A stretch of 64,000 nucleotides of DNA from Planctomycetaceae bacterium (GTDB lineage: Bacteria > Planctomycetota > Planctomycetia > Pirellulales > Pirellulaceae). The translations under genes were made by a program, and so were the position numbers. The DNA lies in the NCBI GenBank assembly GCA_002726245.1, contig PBSM01000335.1:7722-71721 (forward strand), given 5' to 3'. Below, piece by piece: positions 40,636 to 50,831 of the stretch. The notes under the pieces are model-generated. The model made no database searches and was not told the DNA's origin. It saw only the letters and a list, made by a program, of their open reading frames with translations. Every line of letters begins with the position of its first letter. Position 1 is the first letter of the stretch.

Positions 40636-40870
40636 GAAGATGAACAGCGGGAACGTTTTGTCCGGGCCATGAAGACGATGATCGACGTACGCCACACGAA
40701 CATCGTGCAACTGTACAACGCAGGCAAGAACGGGCCGTACTGTTGGGCGGCGATGGAGTTCATCGACGGGGAAGACCTGACCAAAGTCATCAATCGGATT
40801 GGTATCGAAGGAATGCTGGGCTGGCGCGAAGTTTATCGAGTGGCAGTGCATACGTTCGCCGCATGCCCAG
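40636..40870 (+). pseudogene. Relic of a Ser/Thr protein kinase (subdomains III-VIa only)
   Basis: EDEQRERFVRAMKTMIDVRHTNIVQLYNAGKNGPYCWAAMEFIDGEDLTKVINRIGIEGMLGWREVYRVAVH matches the kinase hinge region (HxNIV...YxVMEYIDGxxL). It lacks the Gly-loop/VAIK and HRD/DFG parts. Confidence 0.4.
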
Positions 40871-41104
40871 CGGCTCTAATTCGAGTGCGTGTGGCTTCGT
40901 CATGTGCTTCACTTCCTACTTACCGGAGAACGCTATATCGTCGGGGCGCTCTGGTGGGTCTATGACGTCATGGAACCTGCGCGGTTTCGGCGGTATCCTG
41001 GTTCGCATGTGTGACATCAGATGCATGCTGTTTAAGACCGAACACGGCAACTGCCGAACGGCTGTTGCACTTGACATACCATGAGCCGGACCGGATAGGT
41101 AAGG

Positions 41105-42085
41105 ATGAAGAAGATGCCAACACGACGGACGTTCTTGAAGCGATCATGGCAAGGAGCAACGGGAGTATCCTTGGCGGCGATGGGTTTGTATTGTAACGCC
41201 GAAGATGAAAAGAAGGGGCAGCCGCTCGAAGTGATCGACTGTCACACTCACTTCTATGATCCTACGCGGCCCGAGGGCATTCCCTGGCCGCGCAAAGGGT
41301 CTCCACTCTATCGGCAAGTGTTGCCCAAGCACTTGCGGGCGCTGCCACATGCACAGAAGGTCACCGGGACGGTCATTGTCGAGGCTAGCAGCCGGCTCGA
41401 AGACAACCAGTGGCTGTTGGACATCGCCGAAGACGATCCGTTCGTTGTTGGCATCGTCGGGCATCTCAAGCCCGGACAGAAAGAGTTCGCAGGACATGTC
41501 CGACGCTTCTCTCGCTCTAAACTGTTCCGCGGGATCCGCGTCGGCCAAGGTTTGGTTGAGGGTCTTCTAGAGTCTGACAACCTCGCCGACTTCAAGCTCC
41601 TCCAGGAGCATGACCTCGAACTGGATGTGAACGGCGGTCCGACTATGCCGGCGGTTGTCGGACGCTTAGCGGAGCGGTTGCCAGAGTTGCGGATTGTCGT
41701 GAACCACATCGGTAACGTTCGCATCGACAAGAATCCCCCGCCGGCGGACTGGGCAAAGGCGATCCAGGCTTCCGCCGGACACGAAAACGTGTTCTGCAAG
41801 GCCTCCGCACTGGTCGAGGGCGCTTCGCGGGGCGGTGGGAAGGCGCCAACCGACGTTTCCTTTTATCGCCCCTACCTGGATGTTGTTTCGGATGCGTTCG
41901 GCGACGACCGGTTGATCTACGGCAGCGACTGGCCGGTATCCGAGCGCGCCGCCGACTACAAGACGCAACAGCAGATCGTGCTCGACTACGTCAAAGATCG
42001 CGGCGCGGAGACGCTGAGGAAGTTCTTTTCGATCAATTCAAAGAAGGCGTACAAGTGGGTGGAACGCGAAGGGCGCCTCACTTGA
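41105..42085 (+). CDS. Tat-secreted amidohydrolase-2 family metal-dependent hydrolase (TIM barrel)
   Basis: RRTFLK Tat motif. IDCHTHFYDP metal-binding start. C-terminal GSDWP motif. Confidence 0.75.
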   Translation: MKKMPTRRTFLKRSWQGATGVSLAAMGLYCNAEDEKKGQPLEVIDCHTHFYDPTRPEGIPWPRKGSPLYRQVLPKHLRALPHAQKVTGTVIVEASSRLEDNQWLLDIAEDDPFVVGIVGHLKPGQKEFAGHVRRFSRSKLFRGIRVGQGLVEGLLESDNLADFKLLQEHDLELDVNGGPTMPAVVGRLAERLPELRIVVNHIGNVRIDKNPPPADWAKAIQASAGHENVFCKASALVEGASRGGGKAPTDVSFYRPYLDVVSDAFGDDRLIYGSDWPVSERAADYKTQQQIVLDYVKDRGAETLRKFFSINSKKAYKWVEREGRLT

Positions 42086-42276
42086 ATGCCCGTTTGTTTT
42101 TGCGCGAGCTACGGAACGAGATCTTAGGACGAGATCGGGTGGAGGTGAAGTCTTACGTCGGTGGACTGGTGAAATTCTTCCAACGCAAAGCGGCGTAGAT
42201 CGCATCGCGTGCCGCCCAGCGCGCGACGCGCGTCTGTTGAACATCGCGGCGATGCATCGACCACGTCCGACCAAAG

Positions 42277-44871
42277 TCATTTGGGAATCGGCTGGCCTAG
42301 AAGCAGAGCCCGAACAAACCGTACTGGTGGCGAGCCGAACGAGAGAGCTTGGTCATGGTAACGCTTGAGCGTGAAGTCTGGCCCCCATGCTGTTTCCGAT
42401 GCGGATCGCATGTCGCGGTGCTCTTGAAATCCCACAAAGTAAGTTGAGAGCTGCGTTGCGGTGAGTCTCGCGCGCGTCCACTTGGCGTCCGCTTCTCGTT
42501 CTTCCTGAAACGTACTCTCGGTCATCAGTTTCATCGCATCTTCACGCTGAAGGCCGTCCACGTGTATCGCTTGATCGAGCAGCGCATTCGCGATCGAGCG
42601 GAGATACCACTTCAGCATGATCAGACGCATCAGCGGATCGTTCTTCAAGAACCCTTCGTCGCACATCATCAGCTCGGCATAGTTGGCCCAACCTTCGACA
42701 AAAGCACCGGATGACAAAAGCGATCGCAACTGCCCCGGATATCGATTGGCGTGAGCTAATTGCAAGAAGTGCCCAGGCATTGCCTCGTGGATGGTCAAGT
42801 TGTGAACGGACCGAATGTTGTATTCACGCAAGAACGAACTGCACTGTTCATCGGTCCAATCTGCCGGCAATGGCGCGACGGCGTAAAAGGTCTTCTGGCC
42901 GTCCTCCAACGGGCCGGGCGAATCGCAGTAGGCAAACGACACTCCGCGCTTAAACTCGGGCATCAAAATGATATCGAGAGAGTCGGGCGGAATCGTAACG
43001 AGGTCCTTCTCGTGGATGAAGGCCCTAGCAATTTCCAAGGAACGCTCGGCGGTCTCAACAATCTCATCACGGCCCGGCGCGTCAGTGTAGGCCAACTCCA
43101 GTGCTGCCTCGATCGTCGCTTGCTGTTGCTGACGTGAAGGACTCCTCGGCCGATCACTCTGGGACTCTCGCTTGTTGAGGAGTGTGCGAGCGATGTCGTA
43201 CATTTCGGCGCGGACACGGATCAGTTCGCTGGCCGCACGATCGTGAATCTGTTGGCGCGTGAAATCGGACTGGAGGGTTAGTTCGAGTTTCTCGTCGTAC
43301 AACTTCTTGCCCAAACGAAAATCGCCGCCTGCTGCGGGAAGCAATTCGGATTCGAGCCAGTTCTGATGGTCGTTAATGGCGTCCGTCGCAGACTCCATGG
43401 CCTTGGCGAGTCGTCGCTGCTGCTTGGGCGGCAGTTTTTCAAGGTGAGGTTGCACCATATTCTTCAGTATGCTCAGCGCGCCTCGATTCTGTTTGATAGC
43501 TGTCTCCGCATGCACCTTTGGAACGCGTGCTGGTTCAAGCGTTTCTCGGATCTGAGCGTAGAGGCGCGGCAACTGTTGGAGTCGCGCCTCCACGTTTGCT
43601 AGTCGCGCTTCGACCGGTGCGAAGTCGCGTGCGACAAGGTTGTAAATCGAGCCGCCCGCCAGCCGCGTATAGATCAGTGGGTTCCAAGCCCACTCCTGCA
43701 GTTGGTCGAGATGCCAAAGACGGCGACGAAGATCGTGTCGCAATCACTGATAATCGACTTGGTTGGCGCGGGCCAGTTGGTTGGGATCGATCTGATCAAG
43801 ATCGCCCAATAATCCGTTGTAGAACGTACGTTCGCGGTTGCGAGCAGCGGCGCTCACCTCATCCAGTTGGTCGTCAAACCGATGATCGCCAAGGGCCGTG
43901 GCACCAACCGGGGAAAGTGAAGGTGACTCGTTAACAAATCGCTGCGCCAACGTCTGGAACTTGTCGTCCATTGTCGCACTCAGTGCCCGTGACGCGATTC
44001 CGGAGTGCGGATATCTGGAGACTGTCTCCCACGCCAGTTTCTGAAGGATCGCGTGCTGCTCGTCGGTGATGCCCATGAATTCCGGCTTCAATCCTTCAGG
44101 GCTGGCTTGATAGATCACCGCGTAGTTGCAGTAGGCAGCCAGTGCCTGCACGTGCGGGCCGACGTGCCCAATCGGATCCCTGAAGAGAGCTGATTGAGAG
44201 ATCACGCCCGGAAACATACCGTCCACGACCATCGCCCTCAGCTTGACAACGGCGTCACCGACGGGAACGAGGAAGACGGCCCAGCGATTGTGTTTCTGGT
44301 TGAGGTCATCAGCCTGAGCTTCGAGCTTCTTTCGCCACAGATCGACAGCAGCCTGCAGGTCGGCGATCTTCATGCTGTTGCGTTGAGAGTTGTCGCGGAT
44401 GCGTTTCTCGGGTGATTCAACATCAAACGGATACCATGAAACCTGCACGAGCAGGCGGAGCTTTGGATTGTGCTTCAGCCCCAACTCCGTGAAGTTCGTG
44501 ATGCCGCGATCCGGCACCGTGAGGTGGGACGCCATCGTAAAGACATCGACTTCGCCTGTCGCCAGTGCAGGCTTGGCCTTGTTCTTTCCGTCTGCCAGAT
44601 CCCAGTGCTGATAAACACGCGAACCACCAATGCCCTGCGTCCCGACTAGTTTGTGCCCCTTGATGCCGGCTGCGTCTACAATCCGCTCGACGTGTTTCGG
44701 CACAAACATGTGGAAGCTGTGCCCGGTGTAGAACACTCGCAATCCGGCAGGTGGCGACACCTGGTCATTCGCAACGGAAAGTTGCCGGTCCGCTGTGAAA
44801 AGCAAGACGCAGATGTAGATCAGCACGGTCATGGCACGACGGTGAACTCGATTCAGTTTGCACATGTTCAT
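42277..44871 (-). pseudogene. SGNH-like N-terminal domain + DUF885 (HExxPGH metallopeptidase-like) fusion interrupted by an in-frame TGA at 43744-43746
   Basis: ORFs 43744-44871 and 42277-43743 are in the same frame, separated only by TGA. The DUF885 N-terminal block (ATALGDHRFDDQLDEVSAAARNRE...) is in the upstream ORF. HEAMPGHFLQ and the rest are in the downstream ORF. Confidence 0.65.
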
Positions 44872-46427
44872 TCTCCAGCCTCGAAGACAAGGGCGGGCAG
44901 GCCGTCCTTATTGAACAGGTTTGCCCACCGTCGATTCTGAGCCCAGGCGTAACGGACGCGAGTCGGAGTTAGCACGTCGTCTGACCAGACAACAACCGTG
45001 TCGCCAACAATGCGGGCCTCCGCCCAGTGCCACTGGCCGTTGGGACCGGCCACAGCGAAACCGTGCAGTTTGGCAGCGTGTGCAGCGGTGAGTCCCTGGC
45101 CGGCGTGGATAAACGTAACGACGACCTGTTTGCCGTCGATCGTGTGGGACTTGTAGGTCGGCCCATAAGCCTGCGCGCCGGTCTTGTAGATCTGACTCAG
45201 CGCGATCTCCGCAGCTCGATTTCCGTAGCCCCACTTGTTCGTCGGGTGAATGCCCGACCCAAGATCGCTCGCCGGAACCATCCAGGCGTTCGCGTTGTCC
45301 TGCATCAGGCGGACGTACAGAAAACGCTGTTTGCCCGAGCCGCTCCGGGTGATGTCGGGCAGATTCGCGGCGAATGGATCGCCGTTCCGAGTGATCGGAC
45401 TATCGTTCGAGAAGGCAGAGCCACCGCCGCTCGGCTTCTGGACGAAGAGGAAAGGAAACTCGCCTTGGCCCCACGCTTCCCGCCAACCTCGAATCAACTC
45501 ACTCATCATCGTGTGCTGGCCAACACCAACGACACCAGTGCCAGACTCGCCCTGATCCCAGAGCACGCCGCGAAGGCGATACCCAGCCACAGGTTCGATG
45601 AATCGCTCGTAGAGCCTACCGATCTTACCTCGGGTGGACTCACCCGGCCCACTCGGTGGAGCCGGCTTCCGTCCTTTCGGTTTCTCACCTTTGGCTTTTG
45701 CGGCAGCCACTCGTTTTTCCCAGACGGCGAATCTGGCTTCGTACTGTCGCATAGCCGCAGCACGGTTATAGGACTTGCCGAACGCAGCGACATCGGCTTT
45801 GCACTTCTCGCTGCTCGCGTAGGTTGCCGGCGGAATCCAGGAACCCGAGGGTGTGCCACCGACCGCGCCGACGATCAGGCCGATCGGCACTTCGAGGTCT
45901 CGATGCAGCCGCTCCCCAAATGCGAAGTGCAGTGCCGAGAACTGGGTGATTGATTGTCCCGTCGCCTCGGACCACGTCGGCTTCGGTCCACCCTGCATCA
46001 GTCGAATGCCCGGATAAGGGGCTTTCTCGGTGGCGGCGGCAAGTGTCACGTCGTTCTTCGCGTAGGAACCGACTCGCCCGGCCATATTGGACTGCCCGGA
46101 ACCAACCCAGATGTCACCGACCAGTACGTTGCTGACAGTGACCTTGCTGTCGCCAGCCTGAACGACAAGCGAGCTTGGCGAGGCGGAAGCATCCAGTGGC
46201 TTGAGTTCAGCACGCCACTCCCCTTGCGCGTTCGCCTTCGCATTGACGCTCTGACTGGCGAAGGAAACTGTTACCGTTCCTCCGGCATCGGTCCGACCCC
46301 AGATAGGAACGGCGGCGTCCCGCTGCAGAACCATGTGGTCACTGAAGAGGCTCGACAGTTCCACCGCTGCCAAGACATGGCACGGCAACAGGAAGAGGGC
46401 AAACAGTCCAGAATAAAATGCTCTCAT
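44868..46427 (-). CDS. Sialate O-acetylesterase-like SGNH hydrolase (GQSN family carbohydrate esterase)
   Basis: Signal peptide (MRAFYSGLFALFLLPCHVLAA). VLVGDIWVGSGQSNMAG catalytic block. The stop overlaps the start of the next gene (ATGA). Confidence 0.75.
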   Translation of the reverse strand: MRAFYSGLFALFLLPCHVLAAVELSSLFSDHMVLQRDAAVPIWGRTDAGGTVTVSFASQSVNAKANAQGEWRAELKPLDASASPSSLVVQAGDSKVTVSNVLVGDIWVGSGQSNMAGRVGSYAKNDVTLAAATEKAPYPGIRLMQGGPKPTWSEATGQSITQFSALHFAFGERLHRDLEVPIGLIVGAVGGTPSGSWIPPATYASSEKCKADVAAFGKSYNRAAAMRQYEARFAVWEKRVAAAKAKGEKPKGRKPAPPSGPGESTRGKIGRLYERFIEPVAGYRLRGVLWDQGESGTGVVGVGQHTMMSELIRGWREAWGQGEFPFLFVQKPSGGGSAFSNDSPITRNGDPFAANLPDITRSGSGKQRFLYVRLMQDNANAWMVPASDLGSGIHPTNKWGYGNRAAEIALSQIYKTGAQAYGPTYKSHTIDGKQVVVTFIHAGQGLTAAHAAKLHGFAVAGPNGQWHWAEARIVGDTVVVWSDDVLTPTRVRYAWAQNRRWANLFNKDGLPALVFEAGE

Positions 46428-47099
46428 GATGCCGTTTCCTTGAGTTCGATCTGACACCCCATCACTTCCGCAGTGTATCGGTGTCGGTGAGTTTGAAACA
46501 GGGGCAACGGTTGCGACCCTTGAACTCAGTGGGGTAACTGACACTGGCGACATCCAAGTAAGTGGCATGAAGTCGATAACGTGTCCGGGCTGTCTTGTAG
46601 TCTTGCCACCGTCGCGAATCATAGCAGGCCAGCGAACCACGAGCGGCGTACGGATGCCCCTTCGTAGGCTCCCAGCTTCGTTCCGCGCAGGGAGGTGTTG
46701 CTGGCGTTGGCCCACGCGAGTCCGTAGGCGGCAAACGTGTCGTGAGGTCCTGGCAGGTTGTCAGGACCGCTGTCCACTGGAGTCTTGGGAAGTCATCCTG
46801 CCACGGACGCGGAGCGACCGATGCTTGCAACGGACGACGAACAATACGAACTTGGCGTGTCGTGCGTCCTGCAAACGAAGGAAGAGGCAAAGCCTTCTAC
46901 GACAAGATCGCGCGCGTTTACGATTTGCTCGCCGAGCGGAACGAGTAGCCGATGCGCCAGGCCGGTTTGCGAATGCTGGCTGCTGCTCCCGGCGAGCGAA
47001 TCCTCGAAATCGGTTATGGCACAGGCCACTGCGTCGTTGAATTGGCTTGCGCCGTGGAGTCTGACGGAGAAGTCTCAGAACACCTGATCTAGGCGGAAT

Positions 47100-47576
47100 T
47101 CAAACTGGCCTAGTTTCAGCTTGGACGAGGGTGTAAACCAGCTTGAGGTTGGTGCACGGATATGTCAACTCGGCAGCGTTGAGTTCGCCCAGCAGATGGT
47201 CGATCGCTCGGTTGGAACGAGAGTTGGCCATCGAGTGCACGCTGATCGTCAACACTCCCGCTTTCGTGTCGGGGGATAGGTCCGCTTCCGAGCGAAACAA
47301 GTCTCGCACCAACGATCGAGTGTCGTCATCGCGGGCCAACACTTCTCGCACTATCCGCGTCAACGCCGTTTCCGCTCGGTAGGCAATCAGTTTGACGGTG
47401 TCCATGAGACGCTTGCGACTGGGTGCCAGACGTTGGAACTGGTCCTCGGCTGCAAGCTCGTCCCATTCCACATGATGGGGTGTCTCTTGGCGCTGCTTTT
47501 TTACTTTCTCCAGTTCATGTTCGAGTTGTTCAATCTCTTCCATGAGTTGGCCTTTGCGGCGTTCCCAGTCCGGCAC
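47100..47576 (-). CDS. Hypothetical coiled-coil protein, possibly the C-terminal fragment of a mobile-element protein
   Basis: N-terminal coiled coil (EEIEQLEHELEKVKKQRQ). C-terminal LTYPCTNLKLVYTLV block. Surrounded by gene fragments. No confident family assignment. Confidence 0.3.
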   Translation of the reverse strand: MPDWERRKGQLMEEIEQLEHELEKVKKQRQETPHHVEWDELAAEDQFQRLAPSRKRLMDTVKLIAYRAETALTRIVREVLARDDDTRSLVRDLFRSEADLSPDTKAGVLTISVHSMANSRSNRAIDHLLGELNAAELTYPCTNLKLVYTLVQAETRPV

Positions 47577-47596
47577 CTTCTCGACTTCGGTTTGTC

Positions 47597-47950
47597 TTGG
47601 GCGAACCTGCGTGCTTCATCGTAGAGCGCACGGATGATTGCCTCGGCGGGTTCGCAGCGATGGGCTCGCACGAATGCAACGGTCCGGTCCAATCCCCGAA
47701 CATCACCGGTTTCGAACGTCGGGGATGTACGGGACGACAACCTCAATTCGCTGCAGAAAGAGCTGACAATCTCCGCCAAGCTATCGGAGACCGCAAGGTC
47801 ATCGAGCGAGCGAAGGGCGTTCTGATGAAGCGTGCCATGTTGGACGAACCAACCGCCTTCCGGCGGCTGCAAGAACTCGGCAGCGAGAAGAACCTGAAGC
47901 TGGTCGAGTTGGCCCGGCAAATCGTTACGGCAGACGAAGCTTTTCAGTAG
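47597..47950 (+). CDS. ANTAR-domain (RNA-binding antiterminator) ORF lacking a recognisable sensor/receiver domain
   Basis: NLRQAIGDRKVIERAKGVLMKRAMLDEPTAFRRLQELGSEKNLKLVELARQIV is an ANTAR domain. The N-terminal 55 aa are not domain-like and the other two frames upstream carry stops. Confidence 0.5.
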   Translation: MGEPACFIVERTDDCLGGFAAMGSHECNGPVQSPNITGFERRGCTGRQPQFAAERADNLRQAIGDRKVIERAKGVLMKRAMLDEPTAFRRLQELGSEKNLKLVELARQIVTADEAFQ

Positions 47951-48318
47951 CCTTCCTGCATCGTCCGTTGTGCAAGCTTAGTAACCGGCATCGTTCCGCT
48001 TGCGAATTCCCAAACGAATCGCCAATGGAATCCTAAGTCGGTCAGTACGGCGAGATGCCACACCTCGTGCGGACCAATGACGCCGGTAATCAGCACCGGC
48101 CATTCCGCTAGCAGTATGATTGCTCCCAAGGTGTAGGCGATCCCACCGAATACAAGCGACTTCACAAAGTCCCCACCGTACCGTCGCCACAGCACAAACG
48201 CCGAAATTGCGCCACCCCATCCGAGGAGAACAAAACACGCGGTACCAACGCCGGGTGGCAGGGCGGAGAAGAACATGATTCTCAACACGATGCCAGTCAC
48301 TGCGAGGGCCGTTCTCAT
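47944..48318 (-). CDS. Hemolysin-III (PAQR)-like C-terminal-domain membrane protein, short or truncated
   Basis: GPHEVWHLAVLTDLGFHWRFVW matches the HlyIII C-terminal HxxxH motif. Only about 4 TM helices (HlyIII has 7). The start overlaps the M50 stop (ATGA). Confidence 0.5.
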   Translation of the reverse strand: MRTALAVTGIVLRIMFFSALPPGVGTACFVLLGWGGAISAFVLWRRYGGDFVKSLVFGGIAYTLGAIILLAEWPVLITGVIGPHEVWHLAVLTDLGFHWRFVWEFASGTMPVTKLAQRTMQEGY

Positions 48319-49588
48319 CGGTACAGCTCGTGTTCGTTGCTAGTACCCGTGGTGTGGCGTTGCGGTGCTTTGTCTCGCAGTTCTGATAGGTCTGTTGGCA
48401 GCGGCCGCCGACTCGCGGGAGTTCCTTCCCCCTCCAACTCCAACTTCAGCGTAATGAACTCCGTCAGATCCTTCAAAGTCACGATTCCAACTAACTGAGT
48501 GCCTTGGACAACCATCAATCGCGAATTGTCGTGTTGACTCATCTTCGTGATAGCCTGCATCGCTTCCGAATCGGGTGTAATGGTGTTGTCCGCGGAGCAT
48601 GACGACATGATTTCCGCGACAGTCAGGCGTGGCCAATCTTCATGCTTCGCCGCCTTCACATGTCGCGTCGTTACACACCCGACCAATCGGTCCCGTCTGT
48701 TACGAGAAACAGTTTATGGTGTAGAGTGTAGATGTAGTCCTCGACAAGTTCAGCGACGGTAACGTGCGACGAAACGGTCACTACCTCCGGCCGCATGAAG
48801 CGAACAACCGTTTCGCCACGTAGGGCATTCTTGACGAGCACATGCTGGTACGACATCGCTGATGCGTTGCGCAAGAACAGCCCGATCAGGAGCTGCCATA
48901 TCCCGCCAACCGGATTGCCGGTGATGAATCCAAATACGCCGATGAAGATCAAGAACATGCCGAAGCTGCTACCAAGCGACGCCGTAATCTTGGTTGCCCA
49001 AGTCAAGTCACCTCGCCATCGCCATAGGATTGATCGTAACACGCGGCCTCCGTCGAGCGGGAAGGCCGGCACGATATTGAAGATCACAACGATGGCGTTA
49101 ATCATACCGAGATACCACACGACACCTGTGACTTGCGCCGGTAACTGTAACGCGCTGCCGGCGATGCTGAACACCAAGCAAGCACCAGCGATTAGCACGC
49201 TCATGATGGGGCCAGCGATGGCGACGAGGAATTCGTCCAGTGGCGTCTTCGGTTCTTCGCCCATTTCGGCGACGCCGCCGAAGATAAACAGCGTGATCCG
49301 CCGCATCGGAATGCCACGTCGAAGAGCGACGACCGAGTGAGCCAACTCGTGCAGGACGATCGAGCCAAACAGCCCAAATGACGCGGCTGCGCCCATCGCC
49401 CAATACACCGCAGGCGGCAAGTCTTTGTACTGGGCAGGAAAAACACCGACTGCAAGAGACCACGTGACGAGCAGTACGATGATTAGCCAACTTAAGTCAG
49501 CTTGCACCCGAACGCCAAACACTTTGAAGAGAGGGAAAGTCTTGCCGAACATGCTGGCTCCTTGTTGCTGAATCGCGTTGCCATGCAA
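48315..49588 (-). pseudogene. Site-2 protease (M50 family) with C-terminal CBS domain, frameshifted near 48680
   Basis: HELAHSV zinc motif and LDGGRVLR motif in ORF 48671-49588. The CBS domain continues in another frame in ORF 48315-48686 (LTVAEIMSS...LMVVQGTQLVGIVTLKDL). Confidence 0.7.
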
Positions 49589-49867
49589 GGACCTGGGGCA
49601 ACTGGCGCGCCAGTCCGGTTCGCACTTTGATTCGGTCGCGTCTGTGCTTCATCTCCGCATGCACTGTGCGAATCGGCACGCCGATGACCACATTTGGCAC
49701 ATGACCGCTGTATAACTGGAACTCGGCCTGCCGATCTTTGCCGGAGTCGATTACGAGCAGATTTTGCGATCGGCCGAGTAGTATCGATGGCCTTGGAAGG
49801 CCATCGTACAAGCTTAATGAAAGTGCCACTTTCAACCGCGAGCGGAATAGTCGATCACTCGCTGCAG

Positions 49868-50281
49868 CTATAGCAGGCCGGACACCGCGTGAAAGACGAG
49901 GAATGTCACGCAGGCGGTGAAGCCCAGGATGGGCAGCCAAGTCGCGTAACGCGGACCTTCTCCCTCGGGATCAGGATTGCGGCGTTTGATGACCAAGAGC
50001 GACAGATTGACGATCCACAGGGCAACGCCTTTGAACTCGACCTTGACTTCTTCGGGTTTCAGGCCGGGCAGATCGACTGTGACCGCGAACTCGTTCTCCC
50101 TCTCGACCAGATCGACTTTGGGAACGAAGTTCAGGGTGGTCAGTTGCCCGCCGTCAGCTCCCCAGAAGCCGTCCATGAGATCCCGCATTTCCCTATCCAT
50201 CTGATCGAACACCCCTGTGAAACGATCGGTAGTCGGCAGCAAGGACCTCTGTCTCCACGGAACTAATGAGCGTAACATCAT
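49868..50281 (-). CDS. Hsp20/alpha-crystallin family protein with atypical hydrophobic C-terminus
   Basis: FVPKVDLVERENEFAVTVDLPGLKPEEVKVEFKG matches the alpha-crystallin domain core. The C-terminal 50 aa are hydrophobic and non-canonical. Confidence 0.55.
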   Translation of the reverse strand: MMLRSLVPWRQRSLLPTTDRFTGVFDQMDREMRDLMDGFWGADGGQLTTLNFVPKVDLVERENEFAVTVDLPGLKPEEVKVEFKGVALWIVNLSLLVIKRRNPDPEGEGPRYATWLPILGFTACVTFLVFHAVSGLL

Positions 50282-50311
50282 CCACCTCCTTTCAACTTGT
50301 TCTCGGCCGGC

Positions 50312-50623
50312 TCACGCGCCAGCCATGACCTCGTGCGCACCACAGCCGCCCATAAAACGGAAGAGGCGGCCATCCTCATGACGTTCCTCCGGCTCTTCGA
50401 TCCGTAACGCGGGGAACTTGTTAGGTACGACGCGGACGCTCCAACCGCCGCTGTCGCGAAACGCCGCGATCTCCGGCGGAGTCATGTCCTCGTGACCAGG
50501 ACAGAAGGGGCACCGTTTCGCCGAAGCCTTGTCGCAGTTCGACGACGCAAAATCATCCGGTCGCATTGTCCGCGAGGGGGCGTAGATGACCCAATCGTTC
50601 ATAGTAACGTCGTACCGAAGCAT
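50312..50623 (-). pseudogene. N-terminal fragment of a galactose-1-phosphate uridylyltransferase (GalT/HIT-like)
   Basis: MLRYDVTMNDWVIYAPSRTMRP...CPFCPGHEDMTPPEI...GWSVRVVPNKFPAL is collinear with the GalT N-terminus. The ORF stops after about 104 aa (GalT is about 330 aa). Confidence 0.45.
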
Positions 50624-50831
50624 GTTACTCGTGCCGCCTGGGGGACTTTGACTTAACGATGGGCGTCTTGTTGCAATCACCGTGCCATTCGTGTGTCGAA
50701 TTTTGCGCGCGAGTGTGCCCGCTCGCACACTGGCCCGCGTTGATGCAAGGCGCTCGACGCTGCGTGTGCCGTGGCACGACCTTTGCGACAGCTTCTCGTT
50801 GTTGTTGCTTGCAGCCAGAAAGGAGGGCAAC

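Noticed and set aside
43744-43746. TGA read as selenocysteine in the DUF885 fusion
   Set aside because: DUF885 proteins are not known selenoproteins. I see no convincing hairpin immediately 3' of the TGA, and the window has several other damaged genes. Pseudogene or sequencing error is more parsimonious, though this remains untested.
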